Below, piece after piece: positions 42,580-55,690 of a stretch of DNA of 64,000 nt (the stretch's first letter is position 1; every line of letters starts with the position of its first letter). Under the pieces are notes generated by a model that searched no databases, was not told the origin of the DNA, and saw nothing but the letters and a program-made list of their open reading frames with translations. The stretch comes from the human T2T-CHM13v2.0 reference genome, Homo sapiens, in NCBI RefSeq assembly GCF_009914755.1, contig NC_060930.1; one strand, 5' to 3'. Position numbers and translations under genes: made by a program.

Positions 42580-43747
42580 CCTGTGTTCTTAAGAACTTAA
42601 AACCTCTTCAACTCTCACCTGACCTAAAATCTAAGTGTCTTATTTTCCTCTGCAATGCCGCTTGACCCCAATACAAACTCGACAGTAGTTCCAAATAGCC
42701 AGAAAATGGCACTTTCAATTTTTCCATCCTACAAGATCTAAATAATTCTTGTCATAAAATGGGCAAATGGTCTGAGGTGCCTGACATCCAAGCATTCTTT
42801 TACACATCAGTCCCTTCGTAGTCTCTGTGCCCAATGCAACTTGTCCCAAATCTTCCTTCTTTCCCTCCCTCCTGTCCCCTCAGTCCCAACCCCAAGTGTT
42901 GCTGAGTCTTTCTAATCTTCCTTTTATACAGACCCATCTGATCTCTCCCCTCCTCGCCAGGCCAAGCCAGGTCCCAATTCTTCCTCAGCCTCTGCTCCTC
43001 CACCCTATAATCCTTTTATCACCTCCCCTTCTCACACCCTGTCCGGCTTACAGTTTCCTTCCGTGACTAGCCCTCCCCCACCTGCCCAGCAATTTATTCT
43101 TAAAAAGGTGGCTGGAGCTAAAGGCATAGTCAAGGTTAATGCTCCTTTTTCTTTTTCCCAAATAAGATAGCGTTTAGGCTCTTTTTCATCAAATATAAAA
43201 ATCCAGCCCAGTTCATGTCTCATTCGGCAGCAACCCTGCGACGCTTTACAGCCCCAGACCCTAAAAGGTCAAAAGGCCGTCTTATTCTTAATATACATTT
43301 TATTACCCAATCTGCTCCTGACATTAAATAAAACTCCATAAATTGGAATCTGGCCCTCAAACCCCACAACCGGACTTAATTAACCTCACCTTCAAGGTGT
43401 ACAATAACAGAAAAAAGTTGCAATTCCTTGCCTCCACTGTGAGACAAACCCCAGCCACATCTCCAGCACACAAGAACTTCCAAACACCTGAACTGCAGCA
43501 GCCAGGCATTCCTCCAGAACCTCCTCCCCCAGGAGCTTGCTACATGTGCCGGAAATCTGGCCACTGGGCCAAGGAATGCCCGCAGCCCGGGATTCCTCCT
43601 AAGCTGTGTCCCATCTGTGCGGGACCCCACTGGAAATCAGACTGTTCAACTCACCTGGCAGCCACTCCCAGAGCCCCTGGAACTCTGGCCCAAGGCTCTC
43701 TGACTGACTCCTTCCCAGATCTTCTCGGCTTAGCGGCTGAAGATTGA
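42537..43747 (+). pseudogene. gag: HERV-H gag (disrupted); NC zinc knuckles preserved
   Basis: MGKFPPSIPPSSPLACVLKNL start; in-frame stops at 42663 and 42696; [14 protein letters not shown] and [13 protein letters not shown] in ORF 43343-43747. Confidence 0.9.
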
Positions 43748-45985
43748 CACCGCCTGATTGCCTCGGAAGCCCCCTAAACCATCACGGACGCCGAGCTTCG
43801 GGTAACTCTCACAGTGGAAGCTAAGTCCGTTCCCTTCTTAATCAATACGGAGGCTACCCACTCCACATTACCTTCTTTTTAAGGGCCTGTTTCCCTTGCC
43901 TCCATAATTGTTGTGGGTATTAACAGCCAGGCTTCTAAACCTCTTAAAACTCCCCAACTCTGGTGCCAACTTAGACAATACTCTTTTAAGCACTCCTTTT
44001 TAATTATCCCCACCTGCCCAGTTCCCTCATTAGGCTGAGGCACTTTAACTAAATTATCTGCTTCCCTGATTATTCCTGGACTACAGCTACATCTCATTGC
44101 CGCCCTTCTTCCCAATTCAAAGCCTCCTTTGCGTCCTCCTCTTGTATCCCCCCACCTGAACCCACAAGTATAAGATACCTCTACTCCCTCCTTGGCGACG
44201 GATCATGTAACCCTTACCATCTCATTAAAACCTAATCACCCTTACCCCACTCAATGTCAAGATCCCATCCCATAGAACGCTTTAAAAGGATTAAAGCCTG
44301 TTATCACTTGCCTGCTACAGCATAGCCTTTTAAAGCCTGTAAACTCCCCTTACAATTCCACCATTTTACCTGTCCTAAAACCAGACAAGCCTTACAAGTT
44401 AGTTCAGAATCTGCGCCTTATCAACCAAATTGTTTTGCCTATCCACCCCGTGGTGCCAAACCCATATACTCTCCTATCCTCAATACCTGCCTCTACTACC
44501 CATTATTCTGTTCTGGATCTCAAACATGCTTTCTTTACTATTCCTTTGCACCCTTCATCCCAGCCTCTCTTCGCTTTCACTTAGACTGACCCTAACACCC
44601 ATTAGGCTCTGCAAATTACCTGGGCTGGACTGCCACAAAGCTTCACAGACAGCCCCCATTACTTCAATCAAGCCCAAATTTCATCCTCATCTGTTACCTA
44701 TCTCGGCATAATTCTCATAAAAACACACGTGCTCTCCCTGCTGATCATGTCCGATTAATCTTCCAAACCTCATTCCCTTACAAAACAACAACTCCTTTCC
44801 TTCCTAGGCATAGTTAGTGCGGTCAGAATTCTTAAACAAAAGCCAGGACCGCACCCTGTAGCCTTTCTGTCCAAACAACTTGACCTTACTGTTTTATCCT
44901 AGCCCTCATGTCTGTGTGCAGTGGCTGCCACTGCTTTAATACTTTTGGAGGCCCTAAAAATCACAAACTATGCTCAACTCACTCTCTACAGTTCTCATAA
45001 CTTCCAAAATCTATTTTCTTCCTCATACTTGACGCATATACTTTCTGCTTCCCAGCTCCTTCAGCTGTACTCACTCTTTGTTAAGTCCCACAATTATCAT
45101 TGTTCCTGGCCCGGACTTCAGTCTGGCCTCCCACATTATTCCTGATACCACGCCTGACCCCCATGACTGTATCTCTCTGATCCACCTGACATTCACCCCA
45201 TTTCTCCATATTTCCTTCTTTCCTGTTCCTCACCCTGATCACGCTTGATTTATTGATGGCAGTTCCACCAGGCCTAATCACCACACACCAGCAAAGGCAG
45301 GCTGTGCTATAGCACAAGCCAGTAGCCCACCTCTTAGAACCTCTCATTTCCTTTCCATCGTGGAAATCTATCCTCAAGGAAATAACTTCTCAGTGTTCCA
45401 TCTGCTATTCTACTACTCCTCAGGGATTATTCAGGCCCCCTCCCTTCCCTACACATCAAGCTTGAAGATTTGCCCCCACCCAGGACTGGCAAATTAGCTT
45501 TACTCAACATGCCCTGAGTCAGATAATTAAAATACCTCTTAGTCTAAGTACACACTTTCACTAGATAAATACAGGCTTTTCCTACAGGGTCTGAGAAGGC
45601 CACCGCAGTCATTTCTTCCCTTCTGTCAGACATAATTCCTCAGTTTAGCCTTCCCACCTCTATACAGTCTGATAATAGACCAGCCTTTATTAGTCAAATC
45701 AGCCAAGCAGTTTTTCAGGCTCTTAGTATTCAGTGAAACCTTTATATCCCTCACGGTCCTCCGTCTTCAAGAAAAGTAGAATGGACTAAAGGTCTTTTAA
45801 AAACACACCTCACCAAGCTCAGCCACCAACTTAAAAAGGACTGGACAATACTGTTACCACTTTCCCTTCTCAGAAGTCAGACCTGTCCTCAGAATGCTAC
45901 CAGGTACAGCCCATTTAAGCTTCTGTATAGACGCTCCTTTTTATTAGGCCCCAGTCTCATTCCAGACACCAGACCGACTTAGACT
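43748..45985 (+). pseudogene. pol: HERV-H pro-pol (disrupted, deleted)
   Basis: Protease LINTEAT (DTG lost, 43844); RT LDLKHAFF (about 44513) and LPQSFTDSP (44630), then a jump to QAQI..VTYLG with no YxDD; integrase WQISFT and IQSDNRPAF; many stops. Confidence 0.9.
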
Positions 45986-46572
45986 GTGCCCCCAAAAAAC
46001 TTGTCATCCCTACTATCTTCTGTCTAGTCATACTCCTATTCACCATTCTCACCTACTCATACATGCCCTGCTCTTGTTTACACTGCCGGTTTACACTGTT
46101 TCTCCAAGCCATCACAGCTGATATCTCCTGGTGCTATCCCCAAACTGCCACTCTTAACTCTTGAAGTAAATAAATAATCTTTGCTGGCAGGACTATGCTG
46201 AACCTCCTTAGGCACTCTCTAATTAGATGTCCTAGGTCCTCCCAATTCTTAGAACTTTTATACCTGTTTTTCTCCTTCTCTTATTCCATCTAGTTTTTCA
46301 ATTCATATAAAACCATATGCAGGCCATCACCAATCGTTCTATACGACAAATGTTTCTTCTAACATCCCCCACAATATCACCCCTTACCACAAGACCTCCC
46401 TTCAGCTTAATCTCTCCCACTCTAGGTTCCCACACTGCCCCTAATCCCGCTTGAAGCAGCCCTGAGAAACATCGCCCATTCTCTCACCATACAACCCCCA
46501 CAAAATTTTCGCCGCCCCAAGACTTCAACACTATTTTGTTTTATTTTTCTTATTAATATAAGAAGGCAGGAA
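45986..46572 (+). pseudogene. HERV-H env remnant, 3' untranslated region and polypurine tract
   Basis: About 600 bp between integrase and 3' LTR; PPT AAGAAGGCAGGAA at 46560-46572. Confidence 0.65.
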
Positions 46573-47003
46573 TGTCAGGCCTCTGAGCCCAAGCCAAGCC
46601 ATCGCATCCCCTGTGACTTGCACGTATACATCCAGATGTCCTGAAGTAACTGAAGATCCACAAAAGAAGTAAAAATAGCGTTAACTGATGACATTTCACC
46701 ATTGTGATTTGTTTCTGCCCCACCCTAACTGATCAATGTACTTTGTAATCTCCCCCACCCTTAAGAAGGTTCTTTGTAATTCTCCCCACCCTTGAGAATG
46801 TACTTTGTGAGATCCACCCCTGCCTGCAAAGCATTGCTCTTAACTTCACCGCCTATCCCAAAACCTATAAGAACTAATGATAATCCACCACCCTTTGCTG
46901 ACTCTCTTTTTGGACTCAGCCCACCTGCACCCAGGTGAAATAAATAGCCATGTTGCTCACACAAAACCTGTTTGGTGGTCTCTTCACACAGACGCGCATG
47001 AAA
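46573..47003 (+). promoter_or_regulatory. HERV-H 3' LTR
   Basis: Direct repeat of the 5' LTR (about 17 substitutions and one 4-bp indel by hand count); AATAAA at 46939-46944. Confidence 0.95.
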
Positions 47004-48048
47004 AAATAGATCTGCTTTTTCCTACAAAAGGAATACCTATTCCTGGGTAATAGGAAAACTGCATTTTAGACATACACAGTACATGCAGTACCATCCAATG
47101 GTTTAAAGCATCTCTGCTGATCACATAATTCATATACTATGAATGATTTAGTATTTTAGATTAGCTCCCTATCACTGCTCTTTTCCAAAATGATGTCTGG
47201 GAATTTAGAGGGCTTACATCAATTCAGCGTCCTTCTGACATTCATTGCTAAAACCTGCAGCTAGTGTAGCTTGAGGATTGTTCTCTTGCAGTTTAAACTA
47301 GTCTGGTAAGCCCTGCCTACTGACCCAGGCCTTCCTTAGCCCTTGCTTATGCTGTGGCCCCCCAAAATTTGGCTTTGTCTCCTATTCTAAAGGTGCATTC
47401 CTCAGCTACAGAGTCTTTGTTCTAAGAACGGGGATCTCCTCCAGCAAATGTCTAGCCAAATGTTCACTTATTTCAGAATACCCTCTGAGGATATTCAGCA
47501 GATTCCTGGATCTCATCCATTCCATTTTAGAAACTGAGAATGGGTTAGGAGAGCCAAACTGAAGTTCATTGTCTACAAATCTCAGTAGGTTGTGGGGACC
47601 ACTTGTGAGATTACCTCTCCTACACTTCCAAATGTGAACTGGGCAATGGCCTCTGCCCTTCATGTCCACTCTTCCCTGCCTCTTCCTTCCATGACTTTGG
47701 CCAGAGAGGTGGGCAAAGCATCACATCTCACCTTAGATTTGCATTACTTTTCCTTTCTTTGTCTTCTTACAAGTCACCAGAAATCTGATGGGATGGGCTT
47801 TCTCTCCTTCATGCTTAACATTCTCCTACATTAAATGCTCCTTCTGACTGTGGTCATATTTGACCTGTTCCCTTCCCTGGAGCTATTGTCAGCTGTTGAG
47901 GTAAGGTGGGGGAGAATCAGCCTCCTGATAAAGAAGGTATCAGGATCTGAAGCTATAGATCAGGATGAAGTGGATTCTTACTGCTGGAAAACCATAAAGG
48001 CTAAGATAGCCGAATATGCAACCATAAGCAAAAGACTATTCTAGATCT

Positions 48049-48050
<2 letters not shown>

Positions 48051-48097
<47 letters not shown>
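48051..48097. repeat. (AC)n microsatellite
   Basis: About 23 units. Confidence 0.95.
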
Positions 48098-48099
<2 letters not shown>

Positions 48100-48532
48100 G
48101 ACTCTTTAGACCACTATCTGTTTTATTTAGATTTTAAGGGTAACTATGCTCCTTGTTAACTGAGAGTCCTTGTTATAGAAAGTTCAGCTAAAAAGACCAT
48201 AAGGTAAAGTTTCTCCATGTTTTCAAGTGTGCACTTATTCTCCTGAGACCCCCAAACATCAGCCCTGGCTGGAGTTTCTACCTCTGTATTCTTGCCATTA
48301 CTTGATTCTGGTAAACTAGATAATGACTCAGTTTCTTTGCTGAATAATAATAATAATAGGTTCAGACAGATGCTCTGAAAGATCCCTTGCTATGCTGCCC
48401 TGTGATTCTTCAAAGCTGAGTCTGGGGGAAAGTGGGGGAAGAAACTGTCTTTTGTCACTTGCTTTCATCTCCTCCACAAAGTGTTTTTCTTAACAAATCT
48501 GATCGATCTTTTTGTAACTCAGAGGAGCTTTA

Positions 48533-48680
48533 TTTTTATTTATTTTTATTCTTTATTAAAAAAAGAGACAGGGTCTTGCTATGTTGCCCAGGCTAATCTT
48601 GAACTCCTGAGCTCAAACAATTCTCCTGCTGTGGCCTCCCAAAGTTCTGGGATTAGAGGTGTGAGCCACCGTGGCTGGCC
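48533..48680 (-). mobile_element. FLAM Alu monomer
   Basis: Left-arm monomer; TSD TCAGAGGAGCTTTA/TCAGAGGAACTTTA. Confidence 0.85.
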
Positions 48681-49079
48681 TCAGAGGAACTTTAAATGCC
48701 TTTCTTGCTTTCTGTCTTCCTGATCTTATCACATTAGGCAAGTTATTTAACCCCTCATGTGTAAAACGATGATAATAGTAGTATGTACTTCAGAGGGTTA
48801 TTGTGATTATTGTGAAGTAGAAAAGCCTTCAAATCTCCAAGGGATTCCAGGTACCACTGGGCAACCAGGGCAGGGCTTCTTGCCAGAACTCAAACTGAAC
48901 CTTGCAGGAACACTCCACTTCACTTTCTTCATGAACTGTTTTAGACAATCTTCCTAGAACAGGAGGTCATGGACATTGAAATGAAAGAGTTAAAATGCAC
49001 TGATCAGTGTTTTGAGAAGCATAGTGTTGGGAAAAGAGAAATGGTTTAAGTGGAACACTGAGGTCAAAATCTTACTTGG

Positions 49080-49450
49080 TGATATGGTTTGGCTATGTCC
49101 CCACCCAAATCTGATTTTGAATTGTAGTTCCCATAATCCCCACATGTTGTGGAAAGGACCAGGTGGAGATAATTGAATCGTAAGGCAGTCTCCCCAATCC
49201 TGTTCTCATGATAGTGAGTTCTCATGAGATCTGATGGTTTTATAAGGAGTTTCCCCCCTTCACTGGGCACTCATTCTTCTCCTTCCTGCCCTCATGTGAA
49301 GAAGGACGTGTGCTTCCTCTTCTGCCATGATTGTAAGTTTCCTGAAGTCTCCCCAGCCATGTGGAACTGTGAGTCAATTAAACCTCTTTCCTTTATAAAT
49401 TACTCAGTCTTGGGTATGTCCTTACAGCAATGTGAGAACAGACTAATACA
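49080..49450 (+). mobile_element. THE1C/D MaLR solo LTR
   Basis: TGATATGGTTTGGCT...GACTAATACA; perfect 5-bp TSD CTTGG. Confidence 0.9.
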
Positions 49451-49599
49451 CTTGGGGTTCTCCCTAGTTATATGAGCCTGGGCAAGTCACTTGGCCTGTC
49501 TGAGCATCAGTTTCATGCTAAGTGTAAACAATAAACCTGTTCTACCTGGGAGGATCATTGGTAGTGATTAGACAATTTGTAGAAGAAAAAATCAGAATG

Positions 49600-50300
49600 G
49601 TGAATAAACATGAGAAGATAATCAATGCACTAATAAGTGGCAAGTGCACATTAAAGCAACAGGATGTACCTCAGATTGGGAAAGATGTTAAGGTAGAATA
49701 ATAGTGACTATTGGTCAAAATATGGGAAAATAGGAATTTATAATCACTGCTGGAGAGAGTGTCATTGATAAAATTCCTAGTGAGAGAAATTTATTTATAT
49801 TGAGTAAATTTGAATATGTATTCACCTTACAACCTAATGATTCCACTTCTTCATATGTACTCTTGAAATATTTTTGTGCATATGAGCACAGGGAAACATG
49901 TACAAGGGTATATCAGTGAACACTTCTCATAATGACAAAAACTTGAAACCCAAAATATATGTCAAACAAGGATAGATAAATTAATTGTGATATTCATACA
50001 ATGGAATACTGCATGGCAAATAAAAGATATAAACGATATTTTATATATATATATAAGATAATGCATTTTGACATGGATAAATTTTTAAAACTTAATGTTA
50101 TACCAAAAACAGAGTACTAATACAAACAAATGAAGTGATAATGTTGCCTTTGGGAAGAAGGAGAAAAATGAGACTGGAAATGGTAATAAAGGAGATTTCA
50201 ATGATATTGTAGCATTTTCTTCCTTTGATAAGAAAGAAAAGCAATTATGAGCAAATGCTAACAGTTCTTAGTTCGGTACTTGGCTATATTTTTATTTTAC
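49600..50300 (+). mobile_element. L1ME-like 3' fragment
   Basis: GATTCCACTTCT and TATTCATACAATGGAATACT motifs, highly diverged. Confidence 0.6.
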
Positions 50301-50552
50301 TTAAACTAAAGATTATCATTATTCTAGATCAATACTTGTAGCATCATCACTATTACTTCAAACAGATTTATGAAATTAAAATAATACAAGGGAACCCTGC
50401 ATTTACTTAATTAACCTGTACAAGCCACTTAAATTTAATTTCTAATGCTTCCTACTGTCAGATTTTCAGGAAGGAGATACAAGAAGGAAGGCACAGGAAA
50501 AGGTGGTATCCTTCTGGTTGACATCCCACGATGTCAACAAAGAAGATAGTTG

Positions 50553-50885
50553 CCGGGCGCGGTAGCTCACGCCTGTAATCCCAACACTTTGGGAGGCTGA
50601 GGTGGATGGAACACAAGGTCAGGAGTTTAAGACCAGCCTGGCCAAGACGGTGAAACCCCGTCTCTACTAAAAATACAAAAATTAGCCGGATGTGGTGGCA
50701 CGCGCCTGTAATTCCAGCTACTCCGGAGGCTGAGGCAGAGAATTGCTTAAACCTGGACGGGCGGAAGTTGGAGTTAGCCGAGATCGCGCCACTGCACTCC
50801 AGCCTGAGTGACAGAGTGAGACTCTGTCTCAAAACAAAAAAAAAAAAAACAAAAACAACAACAAAACAAAGCAAACAAAAAAACA
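50553..50885 (+). mobile_element. AluSg/Sc-like
   Basis: Alu dimer; degenerate TSD AAAGAAGATAGT/AAAGAAGGCAGT. Confidence 0.92.
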
Positions 50886-50914
50886 AAGAAGGCAGTCTAG
50901 GAGGTGGGGGGAAT

Positions 50915-51240
50915 AGAGGTTGGTCAAAGGGTACAGACTTTCATTTATAAGATGAATAATAAATTATGGGATTCTAATATACAGCATGATGACTATAATT
51001 GATAATACTGTACTGTTTACTTGAAATTTGCTAAGAGTAGGTCTTAAGTGTACTCACCACACACACACAAACACACACACACTGGTAGCTATATATGGTG
51101 ATAGGTGTATTAATTTGATTGTGGTAATCATCTCACATCCCACAATGTATATGAACATCAAATCATCATGTTGTACACCTGGAATATACACCCTTTTTAT
51201 TAATTTGTTTTATTCAATAAACGCAGAGGAAAAAAAATAA
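50915..51240 (+). mobile_element. L1MA 3' end
   Basis: GTTGGTCAAAGGGTACA...ACTTGAAATTTGCTAAGAG...TCAATAAA. Confidence 0.8.
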
Positions 51241-54189
51241 CAGAACAAACCTTCCACAGTGCATCTCTTGCAGACTTAAGACTGCTTATTTTGTTTCTTT
51301 GTGATGTCTTTCCCCGCTCCTGTCCTTTTCAAAATCTCCTTGAAGTTCATTTTAGCTGGTCCCATTTGTATTAAAAAATTGAAATTGAGAAGGATGGCCC
51401 AAGATTACTCATGGCATCCCATACACCCTGGAATACAGATTGAGAAGCACCACCCGCCACCTGCCCACCCCAGCTTGACAAAAGTCTTACTTATCTTCTT
51501 ATCATGCTTTCAGTGACCCCTGGTTTACAAAATTGTCATCCATTTTACAAACAGAATGTTAGCAGCGTTTGAACAGTGTAGCTCTGAAGTTTGACATTAA
51601 ATAAGAGAAATATTGAGGCCATGAACCAAAGAAAAACTGCCCGTTCACAGGTCAGTGTCATCTCATTAGGCCACGTGGTTTTCCAAAGTGAATTTATAAC
51701 CAAGGCTGTCTTGTACACCAAAGATTATTGAATGAACCAAGGAGCAGGCATTAAAAGAAGATAAGATATTTTGAGACATTCCAAGTTCTTGAACTTTCTC
51801 CTTTCAGTTGGCAGTGATAGGAATAAAGGACTAGAGGGAGCTGGGGAGAGGGCAAACTGAAATCATAAATTACTGTGATAACTGCAATGACGCACACTGC
51901 TACACTTCAGGGACATCACTAAGGTAACTATCCAAATTAAACGAGGCCAAAAGGGCAATGTGGGTAAGAAATTACATTAATACCAGGCCTAAAAGAAAGC
52001 AGATATGAAGAAAAGAATCAGAATGAATATTTAAAACTGCAGTAATGGTATCTGCATTAAGCATTCCTTCCTTGAGTCCTCATTGACCCAGTCTTAATGT
52101 ATACTATGATTCAAGTCAGCAGTTTTTTTTCTTATTCATCTAAGATACATACAAGACATGAATCACACATGGAGAAACAGAAGCGCATGTACTGGTTGCC
52201 ACACCTATTGGTATTGATGGCTTGGGTTTTGTTGCCTGCATGTATATTGTAAAGCATGTTAGCTCTATGCTCATTGCTCTGAAGAATGAACACAGGAATT
52301 GTGTATAACAGTATTGTAGAATAACGTTGAATTTTCAAGAATTTATTAAAAAAATTATTTTCCAAAGTTGGTATTTTGTAATGAGTAACACATTATTGGT
52401 GTCAGACATCACAACCAATCATGACAAAACAGTTTCCATCAATAGGAGGTTAGTGAAACCTGATGACTTAGATTTCTGGTTGCCAACTTCAGGTTGTGAG
52501 ATTAAAGAGAATTTCAAAAGAGTAAGAATAACTTCACAAAGACTTGTAAACTGCATCTTAGAAAGAAACTATTGCTGAGAACACGACAGTTTATAATACA
52601 TAGTATTTTTACAACCTAAAGTGCTAAGGTGGTTTGATGAGAAACACTTGAAGCTTCCTAATGCATCATCACAAAAACATTTTGAGTAAGTTATAAAAAT
52701 GAACAAAAATTAGTAAATAAAATGGGAAAATGCTAACCTTACTATACTTGTAAAAGGCAAATTAAAATCACAAGGAGTTACCACTTTACGGCCTTGGAAT
52801 TAACAATTTTAAAAAGTTAAAAGAAAATTGTTGCCTGTGCTTAGGTGAGTGCCACAAATAACTATTTTCATAGATTACCTGAACCAGTATAAAGAGACAC
52901 AACCTTGTGGATAGCAATTTGACAAATAAATATCTAGAGCCTCCAACACTCATAACCTTTGCCCCAGTAGTTTTCATAAAGCTGCATTCATGAAAATGTT
53001 TATTAAAACATAACTCATTATAGTAAAAATGAGAAATTTATAAGTAAACTTTGATAATAACCAATTTGGATTTGTTAGGTGGTCTTTGGTATACTTATAA
53101 GATGGTCTATTATTTAGCCATTCAAATGATAAGTATTTAGGACTAGGTCATTATATAAAAATCATCATCAAATGAAATTAAGTTAAAAAACAGGATCCAC
53201 AGTTGGATTGACAATATTGAAATAAGTTAGATCAAAAGAAATAAAAATTTAGGCATTAAGAAAAATGGAAGAAAACTTCTGCAAAATTAACTGGGACTGA
53301 GAAGGTAAAAGCTCTTCCCTGCCATTCATGAGTCTGGAATAACAGACCCACATCCAGGTCAAGCCAGCTGCTCTGTTGACAGGAAGCAACATTTCTCCCA
53401 GGGTCATGCTACAGCTATAAAGTCATAATGGTACCTTTCTTTGAGGGATTATTACTGTCTTACTAAAAAAAAGCTTGTTTTCTGAAATTATAGACTGTCA
53501 GAAACTTTGCTCTTTGAAATCATATCAATAAAAATGAAGCGCCCACTCGCCTTGCTGGGAGAATTTGAGTCACGTTGACACAGAGATGTAGCCTTGATTT
53601 CCAATCCAGGTGGAGCGCTACAGATAAGGAGTTTCTCGATGCAGCATTTCACACCTATCTTAACTTTGTGGTTTCCGAGGAAAAAGGCCCCTGGGTCTAT
53701 GTTGCAGTCCAGACTTCATGTTGATTCTTTGGCGATGGCTCTGCTTTGCTGTCTCAAATCCTATAATAACCCCATTTCTTTCTTTGGTGAGAGGCCCCAT
53801 GATTCCTCTGATTTGTGATCTCCTTCATTGCAAAAAGTCAATAAGCAGACTAGTGGCCTATGGCTCATTGGACTAGGATACATCAAAATGGTTTTCACAT
53901 GATGGAATTGTCCTTCTTCCCTGTAGCTTGTACTTTTCCAAAGACATACTTTTCAATGAAAAACTCTTTCTTTCATAATGAGGAAACGTTAGGCATTCCC
54001 TCTTTTGACTAAAATTAGTCACATGTGTCTTACATTGCACACACACATCACAATACTAGCCATAATTATATCTGGGCAGTGAAATTATAGGTGATTTATT
54101 TTTTCTTCCTTGAATTTTTCCCCTAAAATTATGACAATAAAAACATATTACTTTTAAAATTAGAAATAAGTTAACGGTTATTATTTTAA

Positions 54190-54582
<393 letters not shown>

Positions 54583-55044
54583 AAAAGTATTGCTTCTTGT
54601 AGTCAAATGGGGATATCACTCTCCATCACCTCCGACAAGCAGCGTTGGTATTTTTCCTCATTTCCCATTTGGACTCTAATGAGCCACAGTGGTGGACATT
54701 ATGGTCCTGTTTAGGTCTCTGGGAAGCACAATTTATTTTAGGGTCTTAGCAAGAAAAGTCTAGAAGCCTTTAATTTAGGAATATTGGAATATCATCTGTT
54801 CTTCAATCTTTCTTTAATGTTCTAATAATTTAATAACATTTCCTGCTTGATAACTAAAGTGTAAGGAAGGTCAGCCTAGTGCTTTGAACTCAAACCAGAA
54901 ATGAACATTTCAGCTATTTTATCACTGTCACTTATTGGTATGGCTTTATTTAAGTTCATCTCATGGCACTGTGCAGTGTTTCTGAGGCCCCTTTGACATC
55001 CTCAGTTAAAATAAAATGCAACGGAGAAAAAAGGGAGGAGGAAT

Positions 55045-55690
55045 TTTTTAGATTGTGGTAATATACACGACATAACATTTTCCATTTTAATCATCTTTAA
55101 GTGTACAATTCAGTGGCATTAATCACATTCACAATGTTTTACAACTACCAACACTATCTATTTCCAAAATATTTTCATCACTCCAAAAAGAAACTCTGTG
55201 CTCATTAAGCAGAAACTTCTCATGTTCCCTTCTCTCTCCTATCCTTGTAACTTCTAATTTGCTTGCTATTTCTGTGAATTTGCCTATTCTAGATATTTCG
55301 TGTAAGTGGAATCATACAACAGTCGTCTTTTTGTATCTGGCTTATTCCACTTAGCATAATGTTTTCAGGGTTTATCCACGTGTAGTATATATCACCTTCT
55401 TATGACTGAATCATATTTCATACACGTGTATACATTTTGTTTGTCCATCCATCTGTTGATGGGCATTTGGGGTGTTTCTACCTTTCTGCTATTGTGAATA
55501 GTGCGTTTATGAACATTAGCATACAAGTATCTGTTTGAGTCCTGCTTTCAATTCTTGTGGTTATATACCTAGGAGTACAACTGTGGGTCGTATTGTAATT
55601 TCATATTTAACTTTTTGAGGAAGTGTCAAACTGTTTTCCACAGTGACTGCACTATTCTACATTCCACCCTCGAGGGTTCCAATTTTGGAA
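55045..55690 (-). mobile_element. L1MB 3' region
   Basis: TTTAAGTGTACAATTCAGTGGCATT, GTGGAATCATACA, TTTAACTTTTTGAGGAA. Confidence 0.85.

Larger units (their letters stand above)
41384..47003 (+). mobile_element. HERV-H provirus, common deleted (about 5.6 kb) form
   Basis: Paired LTR7-type LTRs, His-type PBS, PPT, gag/pro/pol motifs, C-rich and G-poor sense strand, TSD AAATA at 41379-41383 and 47004-47008. Confidence 0.97.

Noticed and set aside
43748-46572. Replication-competent or env-coding HERV-H
   Set aside because: Protease DTG is mutated, RT YxDD is deleted, there are many stops, and env is mostly missing
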